From an uncultured Candidatus Saccharibacteria bacterium (GTDB taxonomy: Bacteria > Patescibacteriota > Minisyncoccia > Minisyncoccales > GWA2-38-27): a stretch of 64,000 nucleotides of DNA. Numbering within the stretch: position 1 is the stretch's first letter; the number at the start of each line of letters is the position of its first letter. The DNA is taken from assembly GCA_964609075.1 (NCBI GenBank), contig CAZSQP010000001.1, positions 33,593 through 97,592 of the forward strand, given 5' to 3'. This document shows positions 18,982 through 28,260 of the stretch, in pieces. A program made the translations under genes and the position numbers. The notes beneath the pieces were generated by a model. That model worked only from the letters and a program-made list of their open reading frames with translations, was not told where the DNA came from and ran no database searches.

Positions 18982-19055
18982 TAGGACAAATGATTAGGAC
19001 AGATAGGACAAAAATAGAATTGATATTGTCCTATGTCTTGTCCTACTCTGTCCTA
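18982..19055. promoter_or_regulatory. Six-copy heptamer array: 3x TAGGACA then 3x TGTCCTA (inverted) in the sigma-gene upstream region
   Basis: TAGGACA at 18982, 18995 and 19004. TGTCCTA at 19027, 19039 and 19049. Fills the 80-bp gap between the 19056 stop and the 18975 start. Confidence 0.6.
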
Positions 19056-19673
19056 CTAAACTTCTTTATTCTTCAGACGGTAAAAAGTATCATTCTTATT
19101 CCCTGTTCTTTCTACAATTCCTTTTTCTACCAGTTTTTGAAAATCTCGCCTTAAGGTTCTTTTGGAAACGCTAGGCATAAGCTCTGACACTTCTCCAACT
19201 TGAATTCTGTTTACTTTGCTTAAAATTTTAACTATTTCTTCTTTTCTTTCCCCTAATTCCTCTTTTTCCTCTGAAACTTGCTCAACTTTAACTTTTTTAA
19301 ATTCTTCTCCTTTATTATCTTCTTTTTTAAGTTTTCCCATTTCTTCTTTCAAAGCTCCTTTTATTCTATCATAATCTTCTTGAAGCTCCAATATATCAAA
19401 GTAATTAGCCCAGTTCTGCCATTTAGCTACTTCAAAATAGCTTTTTATTACATCTAGATCCTTCTCAAAAGAGAAAAGAATCTCTCTTTCTTCTTTCTCA
19501 GAACTTAAAAGCTTTCCTGGATTAGGACTAAATAAATTCTCTAAGGAAACAAAGTCAGCTAAAAGATCATTGGCCTTCTCTCTTATCTTGTACCTTAAAG
19601 GGTCTTTTTTGGGAAAAAGAAGGGTAATTTTATATACTTTATTAGTTAAGTCTGTAAGTTCTCTTCTGTTCAT
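19056..19673 (-). CDS. Four-helix-bundle protein with C-terminal DeoR-type winged-helix DNA-binding domain
   Basis: C-terminal VSELMPSVSKRTLRRDFQKLVEKGIVERTG is HTH_DeoR-like. The N-terminus is helical. Confidence 0.45.
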   Translation of the reverse strand: MNRRELTDLTNKVYKITLLFPKKDPLRYKIREKANDLLADFVSLENLFSPNPGKLLSSEKEEREILFSFEKDLDVIKSYFEVAKWQNWANYFDILELQEDYDRIKGALKEEMGKLKKEDNKGEEFKKVKVEQVSEEKEELGERKEEIVKILSKVNRIQVGEVSELMPSVSKRTLRRDFQKLVEKGIVERTGNKNDTFYRLKNKEV

Positions 19674-19790
19674 AAAAAAACAATCAATTGAATCTGATTT
19701 TCTTATTCTATACTAAAAGATATAAAAAGTAAAATTGTGGAAAAGTATTAAAAAAACCACCCGAAGACAGTTTTTTAAATATTACCCTAT

Positions 19791-20255
19791 TCAACTTTTT
19801 AACTGATCTATTCTCTCTTGAAGTTCATCTACTTTATTCTGCATCTGATTAAGCTGGACCTGAAGAGAGTTTATCTCCCTTTTTAGCTCTTTTATTTTGT
19901 TTTCCATCTGCTCTGCCTGGGTCTTTTTCTGACTAACTTTAACAACTTCTGAAACTTCCTCCCAGACAGTTTTCTCTCCAATAGCTTCTTCTGTCCCCAC
20001 TTCCCCGCTTATTCCCAAAGCTTCAAGGTTGATATTGTTTATTGTTTCTCCTTCTTCAAAGGCTATTTCAGAATCTGAAGATACACCCGGCAAGAAAAAA
20101 GAAAGATCATCATAAACTGCAGCTGTAAAGCTTTTTACATCTACTCTATCTGTCAACTGTAAAACAACCACAGTAAGAGCAGCTAGAATGAGAAGGATAG
20201 ATATCACTTCTCTATAGTCAATATTTAGAACTTGAGATTTTCCCCCTAAAAGCAT
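19791..20255 (-). CDS. Hypothetical membrane-anchored coiled-coil protein
   Basis: One TM segment and a C-terminal heptad-rich segment (KIKELKREINSLQVQLNQMQNKVDELQERIDQLK). Confidence 0.3.
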   Translation of the reverse strand: MLLGGKSQVLNIDYREVISILLILAALTVVVLQLTDRVDVKSFTAAVYDDLSFFLPGVSSDSEIAFEEGETINNINLEALGISGEVGTEEAIGEKTVWEEVSEVVKVSQKKTQAEQMENKIKELKREINSLQVQLNQMQNKVDELQERIDQLKS

Positions 20256-20272
20256 AATATTTGTAGTTTCTT

Positions 20273-20300
20273 ATCTTACCTAAAAGATATAAAATGTAAA
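20273..20300 (-). promoter_or_regulatory. Putative promoter TTTACA-N16-TAAGAT
   Basis: Minus strand reads TTTTCCACAGGtttgatTTTACAttttatatcttttaggTAAGAT. A near-identical block lies at about 19715-19745. Confidence 0.35.
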
Positions 20301-20318
20301 ATCAAACCTGTGGAAAAC

Positions 20319-20651
20319 TCAACATCTTTCTAAATAGATATCAATTTTTTCCTTATCCTCTCTTTCTTTATCTCCCTTAAAATACAACTCCATAAAATCT
20401 ATTTTCTCTCTTTTGATATCAAAACAATAAATTACCCTCAGGGAGTTCCTTTTTAAATACAAACAAAAAAGGCGGGCTTTTACAATTTTGACCGTCTCCT
20501 TTTCTGTAATAACAGCAAAGTGTCTTCCTTTCCCAAGAGGGAATTTAGAAAGAAACTTCTTAAATAAAGCTATATCTTTACCAAGAGATTTATATCTTTT
20601 AGAAAGCTTTTTGAAATCTTTTTTAAAGCTATCCGTTTCTTCAAAGATCAT
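20319..20651 (-). CDS. Putative toxin partner of the Panacea-domain antitoxin (RelE/ParE-like fold suspected)
   Basis: 110 aa. Overlaps the upstream antitoxin-like gene by 11 nt. The N-terminal FKKDFKKLSKRYK pattern is common in RelE/YafQ-type toxins. Confidence 0.4.
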   Translation of the reverse strand: MIFEETDSFKKDFKKLSKRYKSLGKDIALFKKFLSKFPLGKGRHFAVITEKETVKIVKARLFCLYLKRNSLRVIYCFDIKREKIDFMELYFKGDKEREDKEKIDIYLERC

Positions 20652-21426
20652 CTTCGTAATTTCTTACAGAATGATTCTTGTCACGATAGAAAACGCTTTC
20701 GTAGTTAATAATTTCTCCATTCTCATGAATTTCCCATGGAACATCGCTGTGAGAATATTCTGTTAGCTCTTTTGCGTTTTTATCAGAAAGATTATTAATA
20801 ACCTCATCTATGTGCTTTATTTCTTTTGCCGTAAAACTGCTTAAATCAGCTTTTCTCAGAGGCAGATACTTCTTTTGGTTATAAGAAAAATACTTGCTTT
20901 TGATAGATTCTATCTCTTTGTCTTTTTCCATCTCTTTCACAATATCTTTGAACTTTACAGGAGTAGGGCCATAATGATTTTTTATGTATTTTGCTCCTGT
21001 AAGCTGCTCTTCAAACTTTTCATAAAAATTAAAGTCTATAAAGTAAAGAATTTTATATAAGGCTGTCTCCCCTATATTGGGCTTAGCTCCTATTTTATCC
21101 AAAACATAAAGAAGAACTTCTTTGAATTTCCGAATATTAGCTCTGGGCAGTATTATTCTAGTTTTTTGTTTCTCTTCTGCTCCTTTTTTCTTTCTCTCGA
21201 TAATAATCTTTTCTCTCAAGGGTTTTTTCTTACCTAAAAACTCTTCTAGGGTCAAACTAAAAATACTAGCCAGCTTTTCTGCTTCAGATAAGGTAATTTC
21301 TCTTTCTCCTTTTTCGAACTGTATATAAGTAGGCCTGGACAAGCCCAGCTCTTTTGCCAAATATTCTTGAGAAAGATTATTTTCTTTCCTAAGATTTTTA
21401 ATTTTCTTGCTTAAATTATCAGCCAT
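20641..21426 (-). CDS. XRE-family HTH fused to a Panacea (DUF4065/SocA-like) antitoxin domain
   Basis: N-terminal LRKENNLSQEYLAKELGLSRPTYIQFEKGER (HTH_3). Central LYKILYFIDFNFYEKFEEQLTGAKYIKNHYGPTP matches the Panacea signature. Confidence 0.6.
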   Translation of the reverse strand: MADNLSKKIKNLRKENNLSQEYLAKELGLSRPTYIQFEKGEREITLSEAEKLASIFSLTLEEFLGKKKPLREKIIIERKKKGAEEKQKTRIILPRANIRKFKEVLLYVLDKIGAKPNIGETALYKILYFIDFNFYEKFEEQLTGAKYIKNHYGPTPVKFKDIVKEMEKDKEIESIKSKYFSYNQKKYLPLRKADLSSFTAKEIKHIDEVINNLSDKNAKELTEYSHSDVPWEIHENGEIINYESVFYRDKNHSVRNYEDDL

Positions 21427-21502
21427 AATTAACCCATTATATCAATGTAAAAAAAGTTGTCAATAGCAACTGTTAATATTTTTAACATAAATATAAGAAA
21501 AA

Positions 21503-24500
21503 TTATTTACTAGAAGTTGAAGTAGCTGAAGTACCCTTTTCCGTTCCCTTTAAAAAAGACTCGACTTCACTAGTAGAAGGAGCTGTGAAACTAACGTTTT
21601 CTTTTAAGATAATACCCTTCTCAATATTTAAATCTTCTACCTCAAAAGAAGATGAGGAAGTTTTTTCTGTTGAATTAGAAGTCTTCTCCTTTAAGATAAT
21701 ATCAGGCGTAGAAGAACTACTTTTTATATCTAATTCCAGAGAAGAAGTTGGAGACTCTATATCGTCAGAGATAGAAGACGTACTGCTCCCTGATTTTTTG
21801 AAAGGAACGGAAGACGAAGCAGAAATTAGGGAAAAAGAACCGGATTGAGTAGAACTTGAAGAAGAAGCTGACAATGGTTCTGGTGAGAAAATAGGATCTG
21901 AAGAACTGGCAGAATCAAGACTTTCAGTTTCAACCTCTAGAATAATACAAGATCCGTCGTCAATGGTAGCTTCTGGATTATAATTCGGAGCTTCAGGATT
22001 TGTGCAACCTTCTATTTTGTATTCACAAGAATTATCGTCAACAACAGCTTCTGGATTATAGTTTTCGGCTTCAGGATCAGTACAACCCTCTATTCTCTCG
22101 GGACCTTCGCCAAAAGCTTTTAATTCTATTTTCCCTTCATCTTTTACTACAAGATAGATATGTTCTTTTCCAGCAGCAAAAGAAGATAAAAATTCGCCTG
22201 AGATTTCTATTTCTTCTTCAACTCCTCCATCTAAATCAACCTTGTATATCCTTCTTCCTATAGGGCTGTATCTATTAGTATCCCACATATCACCAGTCCA
22301 GTATTCATATAGGGTTCTTTCAGCTAAAATCTTATTTTGAGAACCTATCATTATCTCATTATCATAACTAAGGTTTTCTTCTGTTTCTGATTGCCAAGCC
22401 ATTGAACCGTCTAAACTATAAGCTATCAATTTTGAAAACGGTTGATAGATTAAGCTCCCCCATGACCAACTTCCTGTAGATTCACTCCAACTGTCGGTTA
22501 TTATTATTTTATTTCTATTTCCGATTTTAGGAATACGTATACTTCCATCCATTACTTTCTCATTTTCCCATAACTTATTACCTTCTGAGTCGTAAGATCT
22601 AAGAATGCGGAATTCATGGCCTGCCCAAGGATCTCCAATAACAAGGTACATATTACCCTCTTCTCCGATAACTGGAGATGTAGCATCATGGTCAAGAGGA
22701 GCATGCCATTTTACGCTTCCATCTATAGGATTATAGGCATACAAAGCTCCCGTACGAGCATCTTGAGAATTTTTAAATCCTGTCCAAGAAATATAAACCG
22801 TACCGTCTTCCCCCAAGGCAGGGCCTAAAGAAGCAGAACCTCCTCTAGAAACACCCGCGCTTTTCCAGTTAAGAATACCCTGAGAATCAACACTGTAAAT
22901 ATAGTCATAATCTGTAAAATAAATATTATGATAATCTCCTACTGTAATCCTCGAAATCCATTTTTCTTGCCCCGTATCAAATACCCATTTTTCCTCTCCT
23001 TCAAGATTAAGAGCGTAAATAAAACCTTCATAACTAGGAACATAAATAGTGCCATCTAAACCTATAGAAGGAGTATAAAGATAATCTCCTTCCATTTCAT
23101 AGACCCATTTTTCTGTCCCATCAGGATTGACAGCATAAAGATTTCCCTTGTGATTACCAGTACTTTCTCTCAAAGTATAATAAACAACTCCATCTTTTCC
23201 TATTATAGGTTGACAACCTCCATATATATTCCTATCAGAAATAGAATCTTCTAGAACTAAACTCCATTTTTCTTCCAGATTCTCTGGAATCGGGTATTTA
23301 CTTCTCCCTGTATTTTGAGCATTTTGTTGAACCATGGGCCAGTCAAACTTTTCATCTGGAGATAAAGAATATATTTCTTTCTTGGAATTAGTTGGGCTAA
23401 GATCACCTACCTCAAAGTCAAAGCTGTTAAAATCTGTATCCTGGTACTGAGAATTGGCTTTCCTATTCAAACTCTTTCCTCCTGGAGCCGGATCACAGCT
23501 TTCACCCTCTTTTACAGAAACCTCTCCCCAGCCTACAGCATCTATTCTGCCTGTTTTAGCTTCTTCCGAAGATTTCTCTCTAGGGTCCCAAGGGAAAACG
23601 GCTACACTCCCCTTAGAATCACTTAACTGAGAAGAAGAATAAACTTGCCAATCACTGGCAGGATTGCCCAAAACATCAGAATAACCCTCAAATCCTATTA
23701 AATAATATCCTTTGGCTGGAATAGTCGAACTTGCTGCAAGTTGCTTGTTTCTATAAGGATTATTCCATTCCTCTCTGGAAGAAGAATAATATGAAAAATA
23801 CCATTCAGAAAGATCAATCTCTGTATCTTTTGGATTATAAAGCTCTACAAATTCTTTATCTCCTAGTTGAATTTCTGATATTACAACATGATCTAAGGGC
23901 TTTATCTCAGGCTCAATAACTAATTCAACTTCCACTCTTTCTTTAAGATCTTCAGCTGAGAAGATAATATCAGCAGAATAACTACCAGGAGACAAACCAG
24001 AACAATTAACTGAAACTGCAACTTCTTGAGAACTGGTAGCAGAAAGAGTATCTATTCCAAGCCAATCTACTAAAGAAGTAGCTGCCCACTCTAACTCCTG
24101 TCCTCCAGTATCTACTGTAATTATCTTTGTGGAAGAAGTCGATTCAAATGAAAGCTCTTGAGGAGAAACTTCTAAAACAGGCTCCAGATCAGGCTCTGGA
24201 GGAGAGCTGTTCTCTGCTTTAGGAGTTCCGTTCCCCTCTCCAGAAAAAGTATGCCAGTTCAAGTCTTCTCCTCTTTCCATCGATTTTTTATTCTCATTGC
24301 CTCCTCCAGGCCAATCAGAATCAGCTTTAACTTTATCTTGAAGCTGGCAACTACCATCAAAAAGATAAAGGGCCTCATCTGTATTATTTAAACCGCCTGC
24401 ATAAATATGGTCAGTTAAAATATCAGGAACAGAACTATCATCTGTCCTTTCTAAAAGGTAAAAATCCCCTGGCTGAAGCTCTTTAGAGCTTAAAACCTCT

Positions 24501-26047
24501 TGTATTTGCCCTGCTTTATCTATAATCTGCCATCCTCCTACATTGACAGTTTCATCTGAAACATTCTTAAGCTCTATCCATTCATCATTAGAAGAAGATT
24601 CTGTCCCCATCCAAGCTATTTCATTTAAGACAATCTTTTCTCTCAAAGGATCTGAATCTGAAATATCGCAATAATCAGGCTCTGAAGATCCTCCGCCACC
24701 TCCTCCCCTATTGTCCTCATCCTCATCTTCTTCATCTTCCTCCTCCTCTACCTCGTCATCCTCTCCTTTTTCCTCTTTTTCGTCTTCTTTCTCTTGATCT
24801 GTCTTCTCATCTTCCACCGAATCATCTTTCTCGCTCTCTAATTCATCTATTTTGCTATTTAAAATATCTATCTTCTCTAAAATATCGTCTATAACATCCT
24901 GTCTTGACTTCCTTTCCTTTGAATCTTCTTCAGACTCCTCATTTTCGCTGTCTGGGTCTTCCTCTGGCTTCTCAACCGGCTCTTCCTCTTCGACTTCTTC
25001 CGGCTTCTCTTCTGAAGAATTATCTCCTTTATCAACCTCGGCAAGATCCTCTTCCGAATAATCTTCTGGAAAAAACTTCCCTGGGTTAACAGTGGCTTGA
25101 AACGGATTTATATCAGAGAGAATAAACTTAAATCCTCCCCAAAAATCTGTTCCATATTCTCCTCCTTTTTGTCCGATTTTCTCTAATATTCCTTTTAACT
25201 TATCAAAAGCTAAAAGGTTTTTCTTGATTTTGGCTTTCCATTTATCAAGAAGACCAACCTCCTTAAAATTAAACTCTGGGACCAGCTGATCAAATATGTA
25301 GTTCATTTGAGGCCCTTCTATCCAGTCGTAGCCCCCGTCATCTCTTTTTCTTACTAGGCCATTAATTTCTAATATAAAAGGAGGTAATTTATCTATACCT
25401 CCCTCCCATTGAAAACTTCTGTTAGGATCAGGAATATCATTGATAACAGAAGAAGAGTAGATATTAATGCTTACTCTTCCCTTGTTAATATCTAGCGGTT
25501 TGTATGTAATAATATGCTGAAGTTCTGTTTTAATAGAAGAATAAGAAACAGGTAAATTACCGCCTGTTACCTTGATTTGATTCTGTAAAAGCCAATTTAT
25601 AGCGTATTCTCTAGCTTTTTCTACAGTTAAATCCTCTATTTCTTCAAAAGTTTCCTTGGCAATAGTAGAAGGATCTCCTCCCCAGACAACCGCTACTATT
25701 TTAGCTCCCAATTTAATTATCTCTGTAGTTATTTCTTTCGGTGTTTCAAGAAACAAATAATCAAATAAATCTTTCTGAACAGCTTTTTTTACCACAAGTA
25801 AGACAACTTCTTTTTCTCTAACCTTATCTCCTCCTTCTACTACAACAGCTTCCCACTCATTGTGAAGTTCTTGAATAAGAGATCCCAGTATATGTTCTCC
25901 CTCATCTTCTTCTAGCTGTATCTTTTCTGAGCCTTCAATTAAATCCTCTATAGAAATTTCTTCAGCCAAGCCAATTTTAGGCGAAAATAAAAAACCGCCT
26001 ATAAGAAATAAGAAGAAAATGAATAAAAAAGCTTTTTTCATTTCCAA
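21503..26047 (-). CDS. Giant secreted protein: acidic region, 2x lamin-tail domains, PQQ-like beta-propeller, 2x Cys-bounded NYNPEA repeats, Ser-rich tail
   Basis: LTD signatures (VLNEIAWMG...DEWIELKN and VVISEIQLGDKEFVELYNP). Repeated GT(I/V)Y / G..KW propeller blades. GCTDPEAENYNPEAVVDDNSC and GCTNPEAPNYNPEATIDDGSC repeats. Poly-S C-terminus. Confidence 0.6.
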   Translation of the reverse strand: MEMKKAFLFIFFLFLIGGFLFSPKIGLAEEISIEDLIEGSEKIQLEEDEGEHILGSLIQELHNEWEAVVVEGGDKVREKEVVLLVVKKAVQKDLFDYLFLETPKEITTEIIKLGAKIVAVVWGGDPSTIAKETFEEIEDLTVEKAREYAINWLLQNQIKVTGGNLPVSYSSIKTELQHIITYKPLDINKGRVSINIYSSSVINDIPDPNRSFQWEGGIDKLPPFILEINGLVRKRDDGGYDWIEGPQMNYIFDQLVPEFNFKEVGLLDKWKAKIKKNLLAFDKLKGILEKIGQKGGEYGTDFWGGFKFILSDINPFQATVNPGKFFPEDYSEEDLAEVDKGDNSSEEKPEEVEEEEPVEKPEEDPDSENEESEEDSKERKSRQDVIDDILEKIDILNSKIDELESEKDDSVEDEKTDQEKEDEKEEKGEDDEVEEEEDEEDEDEDNRGGGGGGSSEPDYCDISDSDPLREKIVLNEIAWMGTESSSNDEWIELKNVSDETVNVGGWQIIDKAGQIQEVLSSKELQPGDFYLLERTDDSSVPDILTDHIYAGGLNNTDEALYLFDGSCQLQDKVKADSDWPGGGNENKKSMERGEDLNWHTFSGEGNGTPKAENSSPPEPDLEPVLEVSPQELSFESTSSTKIITVDTGGQELEWAATSLVDWLGIDTLSATSSQEVAVSVNCSGLSPGSYSADIIFSAEDLKERVEVELVIEPEIKPLDHVVISEIQLGDKEFVELYNPKDTEIDLSEWYFSYYSSSREEWNNPYRNKQLAASSTIPAKGYYLIGFEGYSDVLGNPASDWQVYSSSQLSDSKGSVAVFPWDPREKSSEEAKTGRIDAVGWGEVSVKEGESCDPAPGGKSLNRKANSQYQDTDFNSFDFEVGDLSPTNSKKEIYSLSPDEKFDWPMVQQNAQNTGRSKYPIPENLEEKWSLVLEDSISDRNIYGGCQPIIGKDGVVYYTLRESTGNHKGNLYAVNPDGTEKWVYEMEGDYLYTPSIGLDGTIYVPSYEGFIYALNLEGEEKWVFDTGQEKWISRITVGDYHNIYFTDYDYIYSVDSQGILNWKSAGVSRGGSASLGPALGEDGTVYISWTGFKNSQDARTGALYAYNPIDGSVKWHAPLDHDATSPVIGEEGNMYLVIGDPWAGHEFRILRSYDSEGNKLWENEKVMDGSIRIPKIGNRNKIIITDSWSESTGSWSWGSLIYQPFSKLIAYSLDGSMAWQSETEENLSYDNEIMIGSQNKILAERTLYEYWTGDMWDTNRYSPIGRRIYKVDLDGGVEEEIEISGEFLSSFAAGKEHIYLVVKDEGKIELKAFGEGPERIEGCTDPEAENYNPEAVVDDNSCEYKIEGCTNPEAPNYNPEATIDDGSCIILEVETESLDSASSSDPIFSPEPLSASSSSSTQSGSFSLISASSSVPFKKSGSSTSSISDDIESPTSSLELDIKSSSSTPDIILKEKTSNSTEKTSSSSFEVEDLNIEKGIILKENVSFTAPSTSEVESFLKGTEKGTSATSTSSK

Positions 26048-26139
26048 GTTATACTAGAATTTAATTATTAACTAAACCAACTAAACTACAATTGGATATT
26101 TATTTTTTGTAAAGAACTATTGAAAGAACTAAAAAAGAA

Positions 26140-26781
26140 CTATCTATTAACTTCTACAGTTTCCATAATACTATTAAAAGATTCTACACATTTCTCTGCA
26201 CCGATAAAGCCACTCGTGAAACTATAAATCGTCTGATCTATCGGCATTTCTATATTAATAAAAGAAATCTCTCCCTTGTGAAACAAGGTCTTTTTTAACC
26301 CCTTATTTCCATTCAATAATATAACTTCTTCTCTGCTTTCTGAATCTTCTTGGGCTCCCTCTTTTTCTAAATACTTAATCTCTTTTTTAAGATAATCAGC
26401 TTCCGTAATTGACTGTGGATTATTCTTTCTGTTTTTATGTATCGCAACACCCATACCACAAGCTCCCTGTCTTGCACTATCTAATAGATTATTCTCATCA
26501 GTATTAGGATCGTTAAGATCTACTCCGCCATTATAAATTTTTACACTCCATTCCTCAGGAACCTTAATCTTTAAAGAATATTTTCCGCATCTAACAAATC
26601 TTCCTTCAGGTTCTTCTATAATCTCAAAATCTTCAGCTTTAACATACTCATTCTCATAAGAAAGATCAGGTCCTTTAGCTTCTTTGAACTTTATCCAATC
26701 AAGTAATAAAAAAAGCCCTCCAATAATAAAGAGTAAAACAAAAATAACCAAAAATACGATAATTGTCTTTCTTTTACCCAT
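26140..26781 (-). CDS. Hypothetical membrane-anchored protein
   Basis: N-terminal TM (IIVFLVIFVLLFIIGGLFLLL). No recognisable motif. Confidence 0.3.
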   Translation of the reverse strand: MGKRKTIIVFLVIFVLLFIIGGLFLLLDWIKFKEAKGPDLSYENEYVKAEDFEIIEEPEGRFVRCGKYSLKIKVPEEWSVKIYNGGVDLNDPNTDENNLLDSARQGACGMGVAIHKNRKNNPQSITEADYLKKEIKYLEKEGAQEDSESREEVILLNGNKGLKKTLFHKGEISFINIEMPIDQTIYSFTSGFIGAEKCVESFNSIMETVEVNR

Positions 26782-26806
26782 AAAACCTTACCGAAGCCAA
26801 TCTCTA

Positions 26807-26898
26807 GCTAATTTCTTTATTCTACAAACTAAAAAGACAGGGTTCAAACAAAACCCTGTGGAAAACTGAATTTATAGAGATTCGTCCTTTGTGGAATT
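26807..26898 (-). repeat. Dispersed ~90-bp intergenic repeat, copy R1 (degenerate hairpin + TTTTCCACAGGG box + promoter-like TTGAAC-N17-TAGAAT)
   Basis: Colinear with 29412-29505, with most positions identical by eye. Confidence 0.7.
26819..26847 (-). promoter_or_regulatory. Putative promoter TTGAAC-N17-TAGAAT inside repeat R1
   Basis: Minus strand reads TTTTCCACAGGGttttgTTTGAACcctgtctttttagtttgTAGAAT, upstream of the 26781 start. Confidence 0.4.
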
Positions 26899-26902
26899 AA
26901 TA

Positions 26903-27601
26903 TTAACTTTGCTCGTTTTCTAATCTTAATTTGAGTTGAAACAGAAGATATTTTTTAAGATTATTTCTAACCCAGGTCTTTTCTTTTCCGCCTAAAAACT
27001 CCCCCATTCCAGATAAAGATGAACGCTCTGAGAAATCCTCAACAAACTTTATACACTTTTTAAGATAACCGGCAAAATCTATTTTAGTTCTTTTCTCTAC
27101 GATTTCTTTGTTAATATCCCAGTTATTAACAAGACAGAAATAAACATCAAAAAGATCCCTGCTGGCTACCCCTGAACGTTCTGTCATAGCTACCAGCTTA
27201 TTAGCAAACATATCTTCTGGCTTCATTACCAGCATTGAGATACCCAAATAATTCTTAAGCTCGTATTGAGAACCAAAATTTCTCTTATTGATCTCAACTT
27301 TAATATTCTTAGAATCTCGAGAGTAAGAAATCAAAAAGAATAAAGTATTTTTTTTATCTTTCTTGTTTTTAATCTCGCCGTATTTTTTAACAATCTCCCC
27401 AACTTTTTCAAAAACCTCTTCTTTTTTGTCTTTATTAAGGAGATCGAAATCAAGATCAATAGAAAAACGGCTTAGATTGTAAAAGAAATACAAAGCAGTA
27501 CCTCCTTTCAGCCCCAAAACAGAGCCAATAGAGGTATCTGTATAGATATCTTTTAATATATTAACCAGTATATTCTTATGTTTATTTATGTCTAAAACCA
27601 T
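26903..27601 (-). CDS. abiEii: AbiEii/AbiGii-family nucleotidyltransferase toxin (type IV TA / abortive infection)
   Basis: LKGGTALYFFYNLSRFSIDLDFD matches the GGTAL...R.S.D.D signature. Confidence 0.7.
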   Translation of the reverse strand: MVLDINKHKNILVNILKDIYTDTSIGSVLGLKGGTALYFFYNLSRFSIDLDFDLLNKDKKEEVFEKVGEIVKKYGEIKNKKDKKNTLFFLISYSRDSKNIKVEINKRNFGSQYELKNYLGISMLVMKPEDMFANKLVAMTERSGVASRDLFDVYFCLVNNWDINKEIVEKRTKIDFAGYLKKCIKFVEDFSERSSLSGMGEFLGGKEKTWVRNNLKKYLLFQLKLRLENEQS

Positions 27602-27606
27602 AAAAT

Positions 27607-28188
27607 CTAGTTGCTCTTTTTAAAATTTTTGTAATATCTTTTAATTGATTTCTCCATTCTCTTATTAGAATAAATAGGCAAAATCTTAAAAACCCTATCC
27701 CAATCAAGAGCGGATAAATTGTCAAAATAATAATCTTTGTTCAGATAAACTACGTCTGAAAAAGCCCTTTCTGCTGTAGCTAAATAATAGTTTCCCTTGT
27801 TTTCTAAACCGGCACTGTTGGTAAGAACAGAGTCTTTAATCTTTCTATAGCTGTATTTTTGTCCGTCAATTGTCACTTCTCTGGTTAAATAAGAGGCTAT
27901 AAATATCTGACCGTAATACTGGAAAACAACCCCGGCCCTAGCTAAAATGGTCTCAAAACTAATATATGAAGGAGTATAAACTTTAATAGCCAGCTCAAAC
28001 TTGTCATAGTTTTCATCTTTTGCGTAGAAACCCTTTCTAATAGAATATAGTTTTCCCGATTTAAGATATCTGTAGATTCTGTTTTTAACCAATTCTTTAT
28101 CAGATTCTCCCCAAATTAAAGCAATATCTTTAATAGAGAAAACTGTCTTTTTGGAGTTATAGATATCTAAGATTAAATTCTTTTTCAT
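27607..28188 (-). CDS. abiEi: AbiEi-like antitoxin/transcriptional regulator
   Basis: Immediately upstream of abiEii (5-nt gap). Size and N-terminal wHTH-like segment (IYRYLKSGKLYSIRKGFY) fit AbiEi. Confidence 0.55.
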   Translation of the reverse strand: MKKNLILDIYNSKKTVFSIKDIALIWGESDKELVKNRIYRYLKSGKLYSIRKGFYAKDENYDKFELAIKVYTPSYISFETILARAGVVFQYYGQIFIASYLTREVTIDGQKYSYRKIKDSVLTNSAGLENKGNYYLATAERAFSDVVYLNKDYYFDNLSALDWDRVFKILPIYSNKRMEKSIKRYYKNFKKSN

Positions 28189-28260
28189 ACTTATGAACTG
28201 AAAGTAGTCATTATTGATTACTTACAGTTTAAATTATACATAAAAACTTGTCAAGACCTT

